Source: Longimicrobiales bacterium
GTDB lineage: Bacteria; Gemmatimonadota; Gemmatimonadetes; Longimicrobiales; Gaopeijiaceae
DNA length: 64,000 nucleotides
Assembly (NCBI GenBank): GCA_965204735.1
Contig: OZ242008.1
Span: 2,048,001-2,112,000 of the forward strand
Direction of reading: 5' to 3'
In this document: piece after piece, positions 1 through 10,635 of the stretch
How the letters are laid out: each line of letters starts with the position of its first letter
Position numbering within the stretch: the first letter of the stretch is position 1
Translations under genes and position numbers: made by a program
The notes under the pieces: generated by a model
What the model was told of the DNA's origin: nothing
The model's input: the letters and a program-made list of their open reading frames with translations, nothing else
The model's database searches: none

Positions 1-9
1 GACGCCCGT

Positions 10-2481
10 ATGAGCAAGTACGCCTTGGCGCTGGCGGCGGCGGGCGTCGTCGGCATCGGCTTCGCCAGGCCCGCTCCCCAGGGAGGCCCGTCAGGGCCGG
101 CGAGCGTGTCGTCCTGGGCCGACGAACCCGTGGCGAACGAGGTCGTCGAGGAGTACTGCCTGCGCTGCCACAGCGAGCGGCGGCAGGTCGGCGGCTTGGT
201 GCTCGAAGGCTTCGACGTCGCCGAGGTCGAGGGGCGGCGCCCGACGGTCGAGAAGATGATCAGGAAGCTTCGGGCCGGGATGATGCCGCCCCGGGGAGTT
301 CGTCGGCCCGAGGCGGACGTGCTCTCGGCGATGGCCGTGGAGCTGGAGGCCGAGATGGACCGGATCGCGGCCGAGAACCCCGATCCGGGCCGGCGCACCT
401 TCCAGCGCCTCAACCGCGCCGAGTACGCCGCGGCGGTCAAGCACCTGCTGGGAATCGACGTGGACGTGGGCGCCTTCCTCCCGCTGGACACCAAGAGCGC
501 CAACTTCGACAACATCGCCGACGTGCAGATGCCGTCGGCGACGGTCATGGAGGGCTACCTGCGGGCCGCGGGCCGGATCAGCCGCCTGGCGCTGGGCGAC
601 CCGGAAGCCGAGGTGGGCTCGACGATCTACCGCATTCCCCGCGTGGCTTCGCAGAAGGAGCGCGCGGAAGGCGCCCCGGTCGGGACGCGAGGCGGACTCT
701 CGGTGGTGCACAACTTCCCCGCCGACGGCAAGTACGTCTTCCACGTCATGCCCTACGCCGCCGTCGAGGGAGAGGTCTTCGGCCGCACCTTCGGCTTCGA
801 GCAGATGGAGGTCTCGATCGACGGCGCCCGGACGGCGCTCCTGGACGTGGACCGCTGGATGTCCGAGTCCGAGCCCACGGGCCTCAACATCCGGAGCGAC
901 TCGATCTACGTGACCGCCGGACCCAAGCGGGTGTCGGTGGCGTTCGTCCGCCAGTTCGAGGGGGTCGTGGACGACCTGATCCGGCCGATCGACCACACGC
1001 TGGCCGACGGGCAGATCGGGATCGGCCTGGGCGTCACGACCCAACAGCACCTTCAGCGCGTCACGATCCTGGGACCCTTCGGCGTCACGGGCGTCTCCGA
1101 CACCCCGGCGCGGCGCTCGATCTTCACCTGTCGGCCCACGGCGCCGGAGGAGGAAGAGCCCTGCGCCCGCGAGATCGTCGAGCGGCTCGCGTCGCGGGCG
1201 TACCGGCGCCCGGCCGTCGCAAGCGACGTGGAGGGCCTCTTGGGCTTCTATCGGAAGGGAGCGGCCGACGGCGGCTTCGAGGCCGGAGTCCGCACCGCCC
1301 TTCAGGCCGTGCTGGCCAGTCCCCACTTCGTCTTCCGCCTGGAGAAGCAGCCCGAGGGGGCCGAAGGAGCGTACAAGATCGCGGACTTGGACTTGGCGTC
1401 GCGCCTTTCGTTCTTCTTGTGGGGGGCGCCGCCCGACGAGGCGCTGATGGAAGTCGCCCGGACGGGAGCGCTCTCGGAGCCCGCCGAGCTGGAGCGTCAA
1501 GCACGTCGAATGCTCGGCGACCCGAGGGCCGAAGCGCTCTCCACCCGCTTCGCCGCCCAATGGCTTCGCCTGCAGGACCTGGAGAAGATCCACCCCGACG
1601 CCCTGACCTACCCCTACTTCGACGAGACGCTGGCCGACGCCATGCACCGGGAGACGGAGCTCTTCTTCCACCACCTGGTGAAGGACGACCGGCCCGTCAC
1701 CGAGATGCTCACCGCGGACTACACCTTCGTGAACGAGCGGCTGGCCCGGCACTACGGGATCGCCGGCGTCACCGGCCCCGACTTCCGGCGGGTCTCCCAC
1801 TCCGCCGGCCACCGACGGGGGCTGCTGGGCCACGCCAGCATCCTGACGCTCACCTCCCACCCGGACCGGACCTCGCCCGTGCTGCGGGGCAAGTGGGTCC
1901 TGGAAGTCTTCCTGGGCGCGCCGCCGCCGCCGCCGCCACCGGACATTCCCGCCTTCGAGGAAACGGCCGCGGCCGAGGAAGGGCGCTTCCTGACGGTGCG
2001 GGAGCGAATGGAGATGCACCGGGCCAACCCGGCGTGCAACTCGTGCCACTCGGCGATCGACCCGCTTGGGCTGGCGATGGAGAACTTCGACGTGACCGGC
2101 GCGTGGCGGATCCGGGACGGGGGCAACCCCGTGGACCCGGTGGGCGTGATGTACGACGGCGTGGAGCTGGCCGGGCCCGACGATCTTCGCGAAGCCCTGC
2201 TCCGCTACCGGGAAGTGTTCTACCGCACCTTCGCCGAGAACCTCATGGCCTACGCCCTGGGGCGGCGCGTAGAGTACTTCGACATGCCCACGATCCGACA
2301 GATCACCCAGGACGCGTCGGCCAACGACTACCGGATGTCGTCGTTCGTGCTGGGCGTGGCGACGAGTCCGGCGTTCCGCATGGCCAGGGCCTCGGCCTCG
2401 GCCGAGGAGCAAGCCGGAGTCGGTCCCGATCCCCGGTCCCACGGCCTTCCTTTCCCGAGCTCTCTGCCCCAACAACCGTAG
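10..2481 (+). CDS. DUF1592/DUF1588/DUF1587/DUF1595/DUF1585 (planctomycete cytochrome c-type, PSD/PSCyt) exported protein
   Basis: Signal peptide; two CxxCH motifs (CLRCH, CNSCH); family motifs RLNRAEY, LASRLSFFLW, TSPVLRGKWVL, PPPPP. Confidence 0.9.
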   Translation: MSKYALALAAAGVVGIGFARPAPQGGPSGPASVSSWADEPVANEVVEEYCLRCHSERRQVGGLVLEGFDVAEVEGRRPTVEKMIRKLRAGMMPPRGVRRPEADVLSAMAVELEAEMDRIAAENPDPGRRTFQRLNRAEYAAAVKHLLGIDVDVGAFLPLDTKSANFDNIADVQMPSATVMEGYLRAAGRISRLALGDPEAEVGSTIYRIPRVASQKERAEGAPVGTRGGLSVVHNFPADGKYVFHVMPYAAVEGEVFGRTFGFEQMEVSIDGARTALLDVDRWMSESEPTGLNIRSDSIYVTAGPKRVSVAFVRQFEGVVDDLIRPIDHTLADGQIGIGLGVTTQQHLQRVTILGPFGVTGVSDTPARRSIFTCRPTAPEEEEPCAREIVERLASRAYRRPAVASDVEGLLGFYRKGAADGGFEAGVRTALQAVLASPHFVFRLEKQPEGAEGAYKIADLDLASRLSFFLWGAPPDEALMEVARTGALSEPAELERQARRMLGDPRAEALSTRFAAQWLRLQDLEKIHPDALTYPYFDETLADAMHRETELFFHHLVKDDRPVTEMLTADYTFVNERLARHYGIAGVTGPDFRRVSHSAGHRRGLLGHASILTLTSHPDRTSPVLRGKWVLEVFLGAPPPPPPPDIPAFEETAAAEEGRFLTVRERMEMHRANPACNSCHSAIDPLGLAMENFDVTGAWRIRDGGNPVDPVGVMYDGVELAGPDDLREALLRYREVFYRTFAENLMAYALGRRVEYFDMPTIRQITQDASANDYRMSSFVLGVATSPAFRMARASASAEEQAGVGPDPRSHGLPFPSSLPQQP

Positions 2482-2504
2482 CCACCACCCACGAGGCACC
2501 CTCG

Positions 2505-3893
2505 ATGGAAATCCTCACCGGCAAGCACGTCTCCCGTCGCGCCATGCTCAAGGGCGCCAGCGCGGCCATCGGCCTTCCCCTTCTCGACGCCATGATCCCG
2601 GCGGGGCGCCGCTGGGCGACCACGGAAGCCGGAAGGGCCGCCGGCAGCACGCGCCTGGTGTGCATCGAGCAGGTGCACGGCGCCGCGGGCTGCAACGACT
2701 GGGGCGCGTCCCAAAACCTGTGGGCGCCGGCCGCGACGGGGAGGGAGTTCGACCTGTCGCCGACCAGCCTCAAGCCGCTCGAGCCGTTCAGGGACTACCT
2801 GACGATCGTCAGCGACACCGACGCCCGGATGGCCGACGCCTACGCGCCCAGCGAGATCGGCGGCGACCACTTCCGCACCAGCGCGGTCTTCCTGACCCAG
2901 GCGCACCCGAAGCAGACCGAGGGCTCGGACGTCCACGTGGGCACCTCGCTCGACCAGATGTACGTGCAGCGGTTCGGCCAGGAGACGCCGATTCCCTCGC
3001 TGCAGCTGTCGATCGAGAACGTGGACCAGGCCGGCGGATGCGCCTACGGCTACGCCTGCGTCTACACCGACACGATCAGCTGGGCGTCCCCCACGCAGCC
3101 CTTGCCGATGATCCGCGACCCCCGGGCCGTCTTCGAGCAGCTCTTCGGCGCCGGAGGGACCGCCGAGCAGCGGGCGGAGCGCCTGGACACGGACCGGAGC
3201 ATCCTGGACTGGGTGATGGGCGAGATGTCGTCGCTCCGGCGCCAGCTGGCGCCCGCCGACGCGCACCGGCTGGACCAGTACGCCGGCAACATCCGGGAGC
3301 TGGAGCAGCGCATCCAGCGGATCGAAGCGCAGAACGCCAGCGGCGAAGAGCGGCAGATCCCCGAGGCGCCGGTGGGCGTGCCCGACTCCTTCGAGGAGCA
3401 CGTGAAGCTGATGTTCGACCTGCAGGTCCTGGCCTTCCAGTCGGACGTCACGCGGGTCTTCTCGTTGAAGCTGGGCCGCGACGCCTCGCCCCGGGTCTAC
3501 CCCGAGTCCGGCGTCGACACGCCCTTCCACGCGGCGTCCCACCACGGCGGCCGCGAGGAGCGGGTGCGGGAGTTCGCGAAGATCAACGAGTACCACGTGT
3601 CGATGGTCCCCTACTTCCTGGAGAAGCTTCAGAACTCGGTCGAGGGCGACGGGAGCCTGCTGGACAAGACGATGGTCGTGTACGGCTCGGCCATGGCGGA
3701 CAGCAACCTCCACAACCACGCCCGCTGCCCCCTCTTCCTGGTGGGCGGCGCCAACGGCGCGCTGGAGGGAGGCCGGCACATCCGGGCCACGCCGGGCACG
3801 CCCATGGCCAACGTCATGCTCGCCATGCTCCACAAGCTGGGCGCGACCGACGTGGAGAAGTTCGGGAACAGCACCGGCCACTTCGCCTTCTAG
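2505..3893 (+). CDS. DUF1552 (HXXSHH) domain protein with Tat-like signal
   Basis: ATG at 2505; SRRAMLKG twin-arginine motif; FHAASHH motif; usual partner of DUF1592 genes. Confidence 0.9.
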   Translation: MEILTGKHVSRRAMLKGASAAIGLPLLDAMIPAGRRWATTEAGRAAGSTRLVCIEQVHGAAGCNDWGASQNLWAPAATGREFDLSPTSLKPLEPFRDYLTIVSDTDARMADAYAPSEIGGDHFRTSAVFLTQAHPKQTEGSDVHVGTSLDQMYVQRFGQETPIPSLQLSIENVDQAGGCAYGYACVYTDTISWASPTQPLPMIRDPRAVFEQLFGAGGTAEQRAERLDTDRSILDWVMGEMSSLRRQLAPADAHRLDQYAGNIRELEQRIQRIEAQNASGEERQIPEAPVGVPDSFEEHVKLMFDLQVLAFQSDVTRVFSLKLGRDASPRVYPESGVDTPFHAASHHGGREERVREFAKINEYHVSMVPYFLEKLQNSVEGDGSLLDKTMVVYGSAMADSNLHNHARCPLFLVGGANGALEGGRHIRATPGTPMANVMLAMLHKLGATDVEKFGNSTGHFAF

Positions 3894-3906
3894 CCGGAGG
3901 CAGCAG

Positions 3907-5820
3907 ATGAGGAAGACGACCGCAGACGGGTTTCGCACCGCGTTTCGGCTCGCGGCGTTGGTCGGAGCCGTGGTCGGGACGGCGGCGCTCTCGGCGCCGG
4001 TTGCCGATTCCCCGGTCGCCGACGCTGCGGAGCGGGGCGACGTGGAGGCGGTGCGCACGCTGCTGCGCCAAGGCGCCGACGTGAACGCGGCCCAGAACGA
4101 CGGCATGACCGCGCTCCACTGGGCGGCGTCCCGCAACGACGTCGAGATCGCGCGCGCCCTGCTCTACGCCGGCGCCACGGTCCGGGCCGCGACCCGCCTG
4201 GGCGGGTACACGCCGCTGCACTTGGCCAGCCGGGCGGGGCATGTGGAAGTAGCCGAGCTTCTCTTGGAGACGGGCGCCGACCCGAACGTGTTCACGGCCA
4301 CCGGCGTCACGGCCATGCACTTCGCCGCCGAAGCCGACGCGGCCGAGGTGGTGGAAGCCTTGGCGGCCCGAGGCGGCGACGCGAACGCACGGGACGGGTT
4401 CTCGGAGCGCACGCCTCTCATGTTCGCCGCGGCGCGGGGCGCGGACGGAGCTGTCGGGGCGCTGCTCGACGCGGGCGCCGACCCGTCGCTGGCGACCCGG
4501 GTCAAGGACTACGAGGCGCTGGACCAGAGCCTCCGCGCCGAGCAGCGGCAGCGGGCGCGGGTGCGGGCGGCGGCCGAGGAACCGGAGGAACCGGAGCAGC
4601 AGCCGGAGGCGCCGGGAGCGCAGTCCGAACCGCCACCGGGAGCGCCGCAGCAACCCGGTGCGCAGCGACAAGCTCCCGGGGCGCCCCAGCCGGCTGCTCC
4701 CGCTCGCCCGCAAGCGGATCCGGCGAAGCCGTCCCAGGGGCAGGCCGCCGAGACCGTGGAGCCCGAACTGCCGCCGGAGCCCCCGGTCAAGGCCCTCACC
4801 TCGGCCCAGCAGATCGGGAAGCAGGGCGGCTTCACGGCGCTCCACTACGCGGCGCGGGAGGGCTACCGCTCCACGGCGGCGCTGCTGGCCGACAGAGGCG
4901 CAGAGATCGACCAGCCCACGGAGGGCGACGGTTCTTCCCCCATGCTGGTGGCCGTCGTCAACGGCAACTACGACTTGGCGCGGGACCTGCTGGAGCGAGG
5001 CGCAGACCCGAATCAGGTCAGCGACGACGGCGCCGGCCCCCTCTTCGCCACGCTGAACATCGAGTGGTCGCTGCGGACCTGGTATCCCCAGCCCCAGGCG
5101 TTTCGCCAGCAGGAGACCGGGTACCTCGACTTCATGAGGCTGCTGCTGGAGGCCGGGGCGGACCCGAACCAGCGGACCACCACCCACATCTGGTACGCCG
5201 CCTACAACGCCGGGCGGATGGGCGTGGACTTCACGGGCGCGACGCCCTTCTGGCGCGCCGCCTACGCGACGGACGTGGACGCGATGCGCCTGCTGGTCGA
5301 GCACGGCGCCGACCCCGAGATCTGGACGATGCGGCTTCCCGACCGACGCCGCTTCCGCGACCCCAACTTCCCCGACACCCGGCCCGAAGATGCTCCCCTG
5401 GACCCGTCGGGGTTGCCGCCCGTCCCGGTGGGCGGCCCGGCGGTGCATCCGCTGCACGCGGCCTCCGGCGTCGGCTTTGGCACGTCGCGGGTCGCGCAAC
5501 AGCACCGTGCCGTGCCCGACGGCTGGCTGCCGGCCGTGCGGTACTTGATCGAGGAGGTGGGCGTGGACCCGAACCTTCGCGACAAGGACGGCTACAACGC
5601 GATCCACCACTCGGCGGCCCGGGGCGACAACGAGACGATCCTGTACTTGGTCTCCCAGGGCGCCGACGTCCACGCGATCAGCCGGCGGGGCCAGACCACG
5701 GCCGACTTGGCCAACAGCCCCGAGCAGCGCGCCCAGCCCCATCCGGCGACGGTGGCGTTGCTGGAGAAGCTCGGCTCCCGCAACAGCCATGAGTGCCGGT
5801 CGTGCGGGGGGAGCCTCTAG
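3907..5820 (+). CDS. Exported ankyrin repeat protein
   Basis: Many GxTALHxA/GADPN ankyrin motifs, signal peptide, Pro/Gln/Ala-rich insert; GGAGG RBS upstream. Confidence 0.9.
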   Translation: MRKTTADGFRTAFRLAALVGAVVGTAALSAPVADSPVADAAERGDVEAVRTLLRQGADVNAAQNDGMTALHWAASRNDVEIARALLYAGATVRAATRLGGYTPLHLASRAGHVEVAELLLETGADPNVFTATGVTAMHFAAEADAAEVVEALAARGGDANARDGFSERTPLMFAAARGADGAVGALLDAGADPSLATRVKDYEALDQSLRAEQRQRARVRAAAEEPEEPEQQPEAPGAQSEPPPGAPQQPGAQRQAPGAPQPAAPARPQADPAKPSQGQAAETVEPELPPEPPVKALTSAQQIGKQGGFTALHYAAREGYRSTAALLADRGAEIDQPTEGDGSSPMLVAVVNGNYDLARDLLERGADPNQVSDDGAGPLFATLNIEWSLRTWYPQPQAFRQQETGYLDFMRLLLEAGADPNQRTTTHIWYAAYNAGRMGVDFTGATPFWRAAYATDVDAMRLLVEHGADPEIWTMRLPDRRRFRDPNFPDTRPEDAPLDPSGLPPVPVGGPAVHPLHAASGVGFGTSRVAQQHRAVPDGWLPAVRYLIEEVGVDPNLRDKDGYNAIHHSAARGDNETILYLVSQGADVHAISRRGQTTADLANSPEQRAQPHPATVALLEKLGSRNSHECRSCGGSL

Positions 5821-5822
5821 CG

Positions 5823-6365
5823 ATGGCCGGCGTCTATCGCTTGAGCGCAGCGGTGGTTGTAGTCGCGGTTGCGGCTGCGCTTCCGGCCTTCCCCGCCCCG
5901 GCGGCCGCCCAGGACACGGAGTGGAACCGCTACACGCTGGAGGGGCTGGAGGGCGTGCACGTCCGGGCCGAGACCAACGAGGCGTGCCAGGGCGCCGGCT
6001 TGTCGGCCGAGTCCGTTCGAGCCGACTCCGAGGCCGCGCTGAGCGAAGCCGGCGTGCCGTTGCTGACCCGCGAGGAGATGCTGGCCGCGCCGGGCCTCCC
6101 GGAGCTCCGCGTCACCTTCGAGTGCGGCGGCGGGGTTGCGGGCGTGGTGGGCTACTCCGTTTCCGTCCGGGTCCAGCAGGCCACCCAGATGATCCGCGAC
6201 ACCCAGATCACCCACTCGGAGGCGGTGACCTGGTACGCGACCGCGGTGGGCGTTTCCGAGGCTGCGGGCACGGCTGCGGCCATGGGGACCGCGCTGGGTG
6301 CGAAGCTGGCGGAGTTCGCCGAAGCCTTCGAGGCGGCGAACGCGGAGGAGGAGGGTTCCGGCTAG
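5823..6365 (+). CDS. Hypothetical exported protein
   Basis: ATG 2 nt after the ankyrin stop, AxA-type signal peptide, GC3-rich codon use. Confidence 0.7.
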   Translation: MAGVYRLSAAVVVVAVAAALPAFPAPAAAQDTEWNRYTLEGLEGVHVRAETNEACQGAGLSAESVRADSEAALSEAGVPLLTREEMLAAPGLPELRVTFECGGGVAGVVGYSVSVRVQQATQMIRDTQITHSEAVTWYATAVGVSEAAGTAAAMGTALGAKLAEFAEAFEAANAEEEGSG

Positions 6366-8170
6366 TCGGTTGGCGACGACGGCGCCTGGTCCCACAGGCG
6401 CCACCTTTCCATCGCCCAAGACGCGAGCCGCTCCGTCCTCTCGACCAAGGCAGCCTTGTCGAATGTGCCTCCGTACCTCGGACAACTTGCGAATTTTCTG
6501 ACACTGACATAGCAAGATGCTTTGTACAACTCCGTTGCCGCCATCTTCTCCTGCGGACTCTTGTGGCCACACCTTGAGTTCATCCTGCTTGTCAGTGGAA
6601 GGATGTTGCCAAGTCGGTCGACGTGTTCCCAGTATTCGTACTGGTCGGCGAATCCGTAGCTAGTCACATCAAACAGGTCGGGGTCGGAAGGCAAGATGTG
6701 CTCTCTAGTAATCTTCTTCCGAACCAATTCTCTCAGTTGGTCCAAGGTATGCGGCCTGCCTTGGCGGTACTCGTCGTACCTTATCACCAGGTGACCCAGT
6801 CCGGCGTCGCCGAATGTCGAGGCGGTCAAGACTTCCCGTAGAACATGCTCAGGCATGAACTTTAGTGAAATCCACCTAAGCCAGTTTCCGATACTTGGTG
6901 CCTCCATGGTTCGTGACTTATGCGACAGCTTCCCAATGTCCGCAGCCGAGCTGCTCCTCCCTATCTTGTACACCCGCATGTCGCAGACCTCCAGGCATTT
7001 TAGCAAATCCGGCCCGTCATCAATGAATGCCTTCTCCAGAATTCTTCGCTGATGAAGACGGATCAAGAGTGGATACAGCCTTGCGGAGAAGCCGAGCACG
7101 ACAAATAGCCTATACAGCCTTGCGTCGGTCTCGATCCGTTCCACCAATTCTCGGAACGCCCGAAAAAACTCGCAGAGATCGTGAGTATAGTCATCGATAA
7201 ACGACTTGAGAGTGCTACCGTCGTCGCGATGCTTGAGCATCGTCTGTTTCAGAAGTCCGTCAAGCACGGTGCGGTCAGAAACCTTGTACTCCCCACCACC
7301 TATAATTGCAACCTCTGGATGGTCGTAGGCAAGGTAGTGGTATCGAAGAACCTCATCCTCCAAAAAGTTGGCTGCGTATATGTGATCTACTCGGTACTCT
7401 TCATTCCGAACGAGTTCCTTTATGCGGTCAAAGGCAACAAAGCATTCTCCAAACCGCCGATTGATCGCCTCGTCCAGCTCGCCGTCCAGGTAGCGATTGG
7501 AGTAATAGATCAGCAGGGCCTTCGCCTTGTCCATTGCAGACAGCGCCAGGCCTCGGTCGTTGATCGTCTGGAACATGCGGATGGCACGGCCTGTGTCGTT
7601 GGCGCTGAACTGGATGACCTCCATTCTTGTGATGGTCTGGATCCACCGCCGCACCCGGTCGTCGCCACCATCCTCATGCAGAGATTGGGCCCGGTCACAT
7701 GCGATTTGATAAGCGTCACGAAGTCGTCGCCTGCCACCGGTGAGCTCGAACGGGTCGCCATCCGCAGTTTGTCGCCGGATCCGGCGGACGGGGCGGCAAT
7801 CATCGTCGCTCAGCAGCTTGGCCACGAAATCGTTGTTGGCTCCAAAGTGCAGCCTAAGGTCGTCCGTGAACATGCCTTTGATCAAGATGGCAGCAAACTT
7901 TCCTTGCTCGGGTTTCGGTAGTTGCTTCAGGAGTGCGCTTACGACCAGGACGAGCGTCGTGAGCCGCTGCTGACCATCGACGACCTCGAATGGTCCGTCG
8001 TCTTCCGCTCGCGATAGTACAAACGTCCCCAGGTAGTGCGAGAGTTTGCCCTGCACAGCCTCGTCGATATCGTTGAGCAAGTCGTCGACCTGGGTGCGTC
8101 CCCAGGAGTAGTCGCGTTGATACGACGGTATCCTGAACGTCTTGTCGGCCAGGAACTCCAGGAGCTTCAT
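6362..8170 (-). CDS. GmrSD-family (DUF262 + DUF1524 HNH) modification-dependent restriction nuclease
   Basis: DUF262 motifs IPSYQRDYSW, VVDGQQRLTT, FQTINDRG; C-terminal EHILP...LGNILPL HNH-like motif; visibly lower GC than flanks. Confidence 0.88.
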   Translation of the reverse strand: MKLLEFLADKTFRIPSYQRDYSWGRTQVDDLLNDIDEAVQGKLSHYLGTFVLSRAEDDGPFEVVDGQQRLTTLVLVVSALLKQLPKPEQGKFAAILIKGMFTDDLRLHFGANNDFVAKLLSDDDCRPVRRIRRQTADGDPFELTGGRRRLRDAYQIACDRAQSLHEDGGDDRVRRWIQTITRMEVIQFSANDTGRAIRMFQTINDRGLALSAMDKAKALLIYYSNRYLDGELDEAINRRFGECFVAFDRIKELVRNEEYRVDHIYAANFLEDEVLRYHYLAYDHPEVAIIGGGEYKVSDRTVLDGLLKQTMLKHRDDGSTLKSFIDDYTHDLCEFFRAFRELVERIETDARLYRLFVVLGFSARLYPLLIRLHQRRILEKAFIDDGPDLLKCLEVCDMRVYKIGRSSSAADIGKLSHKSRTMEAPSIGNWLRWISLKFMPEHVLREVLTASTFGDAGLGHLVIRYDEYRQGRPHTLDQLRELVRKKITREHILPSDPDLFDVTSYGFADQYEYWEHVDRLGNILPLTSRMNSRCGHKSPQEKMAATELYKASCYVSVRKFASCPRYGGTFDKAALVERTERLASWAMERWRLWDQAPSSPTD

Positions 8171-8185
8171 CCCGGGTCGCCCCTG

Positions 8186-10525
8186 CTACCCGCCGAACAC
8201 GTTCAGCTGGCGGGTGAACTTCAGGAAGACCGAACGGCCTACGGGTCCCTTGATCCCTTCGATTCCGTGGACGTTGTTGAAGACGACGAAGAGGCCCGTG
8301 CCGGCGGTGTTGAGCCAGCCGAAGCGGATGTTGGCCGACCACTGGTCGATCTGGTTCGAGTACTGGATCAGCGACTGGACGTATATCCTCGGCGTGAAGA
8401 AGTAGCCCAGGTTGACGCCCGCCAGGGTGGTGGTGAAGTCGCCCTGGGGCAGGTGCACGTCGTTGTAGGCCACGCGGAACGTCGCGCTGGAGCGCGCGCC
8501 GCGACGGATCGTCACGTCGCCGCTGGTGGTTCGCTTGCTGCCGGAGAGGAAGCCGCCCCAGTTGAAGCGCGTGCTCAGGGAGAGCGCCCGGGACCGGTCG
8601 GTGAAGAACACGATCTGGGATTCCCATCCGCTGTAGTCGCCTTCGGGCACCACCACGTCGGTTCCGGGTATCCCGAAGGATTCGTACAGGCCCTCGGTGA
8701 CGTAGTTGGCGCCGGTGTGGAGTTCCATCCCCGAAGGCCAAGCCCAATGGCTGTCGATGTGCCAGCGCGACGACTCGTTGAAGCCGCGCGCCACCCCGTC
8801 CCTGATCGTCCGGTACGTGAAGTAGGAGACGTGCGGGCGCACCTCCCGGAGGAAGCTGGAGGGACGCCAGTACCACATGCCGAAGAACTGGTAGTAGCGG
8901 TGGCCGTTGCGGGGCAGGAAACCGACCTCCGGGTTGAAGTTCTCGCCGATCTCGCGAGCAGTCGCGTTGGCGCGCCAGTTGCGGCTCGACCAGCCTGCCG
9001 TCACGTCCCAGGCCATGTCGGCGCCGTCCAGGCTGGGCGTCTCGGTGCGGGCCAGGAAGGAAGAGACGGTGAACTGGTCGCCCAGGCCGAGGCGGCCGTC
9101 CACCGCGTAGGTGCGGTTGTAGTCGCCGTCCACGTTGCTGCCGCGGTTCACGAAGATGCCGCCGATGCGCGAGCGGCTGGGCAGCTCCTTGGCCACGCGA
9201 GCGACGGAGTAGTGGTTCTCCGGGTCGCCGGCCACGTCGGTGCCCGTGCGGATGTGCAGGAGGCCCAGGTTGAGCCCGGCGGTTCGGCCCGAGAGGCGGC
9301 CCCCGCCCTTGATCGGAACCGGTTGTCCGCCCGAGATGCCTATCCTGCGGCTGAAGAAGAGGTCGGCGCCTCCTCCCCCTACGGCGAAGAAGCCCGCGTT
9401 CTCCAGGAAGAAGGGGCGCTTTTCGGGGAAGAGGAGCGAGAAGCGAGTCAGGTTCACCTGCTGGTCGTCCACCTCCACTTGGGCGAAGTCGGTGTTGACG
9501 GTCATGTCGAGCGTCAGGCCCTGGGTGACTTGAACCTTGGTCTCGCCGCCGAACTCGGCACTCTGGTCGAACCCGCCCTGGTCGGCGTCCCGGTAGTCGC
9601 GCACCGTCGAGCCCAGCACGTAGGGCGTGATCGTTCCGGAGAGGCGGAACGGCGGCTCGACTCCGGTCAGCTGCCCCGCGAAGTCCAAGCGGTAGAGGTT
9701 GAACTCCCGAGGCACCGCGGACCAGAAGTCCTCTTCGTTGAGACGGCGGATGCGACGAGAGACGTTGAAGCCCCACGTGTCGGTCTCGGAGCCGTAGCGG
9801 AGGGTGCTGAAGGGGATTCGGAACTCGGCGTACCAGCCGTCTTCGTCGCGAGAGGTGGCGACGGTCCAGCTGCCGTCCCAGTTCTTGTTGAAGCCGCCCC
9901 CCGCCCCGGCCTGGAAGCGCCGTTGCCGGTTTCCGCCGCCGCCCAGGAAGAAGCCGCCGCCGCTTCCCGCCGACGCCACCTGCCCGTCGTACTCGATGCC
10001 CGCGGGCGTGGTGCCGAAGACGAAGCCGTTCTGCTGGTCGTTGAAGGTGTCGAAGATCATGAGCACGGCGTCGGCGTCGCTGATCTCGTAGTCGCGGATC
10101 GACTCGCCGGGGACTATGGCGTCGGCTCGGGAGTCGTAGGCCCACACGGCCACGTAGACGGCCTCGTCGTCGAAGAGGATGCGCACCTCGGTCCGCTCCG
10201 AGGCGGGCTGGCCGTCGGCCGGCTCGCGCTGCACGAAGTCGGTCAGAGGGGCGGCCGCCAGCCACGCCTGGTCGTCGGGCACGCCGTCGACGACCGGGGG
10301 CGCGGCGGTGCGGGCGGCGACGGCCGTGCCGGGCTCGTCGTCGGCGGTGGCGCGCTCGCCGGCGGGGGTCGGGTCGGCGAGGGCCTCCTGGGCACGGGCG
10401 GCGCCGGCCGCGGGAAGCAGGGTCGCGATCGCCAGAAGAAGGGCCGTTGGCACCAGCGGAGTCGTCGCGAAAGTCGCGAACACACTTCTGGTCGGGGATG
10501 TGGGCCGCGTCACGCGGTCGTTCAA
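8186..10525 (-). CDS. CBM9-like/DUF5916 outer-membrane protein
   Basis: TTG at 10525 with AAGGAGAG RBS; motifs GWYAEFRIPFSTLRY, TVNTDFAQVEVD, FPEKRPFFLEN, LFFSRRIG. Confidence 0.85.
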   Translation of the reverse strand: MNDRVTRPTSPTRSVFATFATTPLVPTALLLAIATLLPAAGAARAQEALADPTPAGERATADDEPGTAVAARTAAPPVVDGVPDDQAWLAAAPLTDFVQREPADGQPASERTEVRILFDDEAVYVAVWAYDSRADAIVPGESIRDYEISDADAVLMIFDTFNDQQNGFVFGTTPAGIEYDGQVASAGSGGGFFLGGGGNRQRRFQAGAGGGFNKNWDGSWTVATSRDEDGWYAEFRIPFSTLRYGSETDTWGFNVSRRIRRLNEEDFWSAVPREFNLYRLDFAGQLTGVEPPFRLSGTITPYVLGSTVRDYRDADQGGFDQSAEFGGETKVQVTQGLTLDMTVNTDFAQVEVDDQQVNLTRFSLLFPEKRPFFLENAGFFAVGGGGADLFFSRRIGISGGQPVPIKGGGRLSGRTAGLNLGLLHIRTGTDVAGDPENHYSVARVAKELPSRSRIGGIFVNRGSNVDGDYNRTYAVDGRLGLGDQFTVSSFLARTETPSLDGADMAWDVTAGWSSRNWRANATAREIGENFNPEVGFLPRNGHRYYQFFGMWYWRPSSFLREVRPHVSYFTYRTIRDGVARGFNESSRWHIDSHWAWPSGMELHTGANYVTEGLYESFGIPGTDVVVPEGDYSGWESQIVFFTDRSRALSLSTRFNWGGFLSGSKRTTSGDVTIRRGARSSATFRVAYNDVHLPQGDFTTTLAGVNLGYFFTPRIYVQSLIQYSNQIDQWSANIRFGWLNTAGTGLFVVFNNVHGIEGIKGPVGRSVFLKFTRQLNVFGG

Positions 10526-10635
10526 GTAGGGCCTCTCCTTGCGGTTGGTCCTGCTCTCGCGTTCGGGATGGTAGGCGCGCAAGAGCCGCCGGTCAAGCGC
10601 AGAGACGCGGCTTCCCCGCCGGCGCGTTTCGCCAT

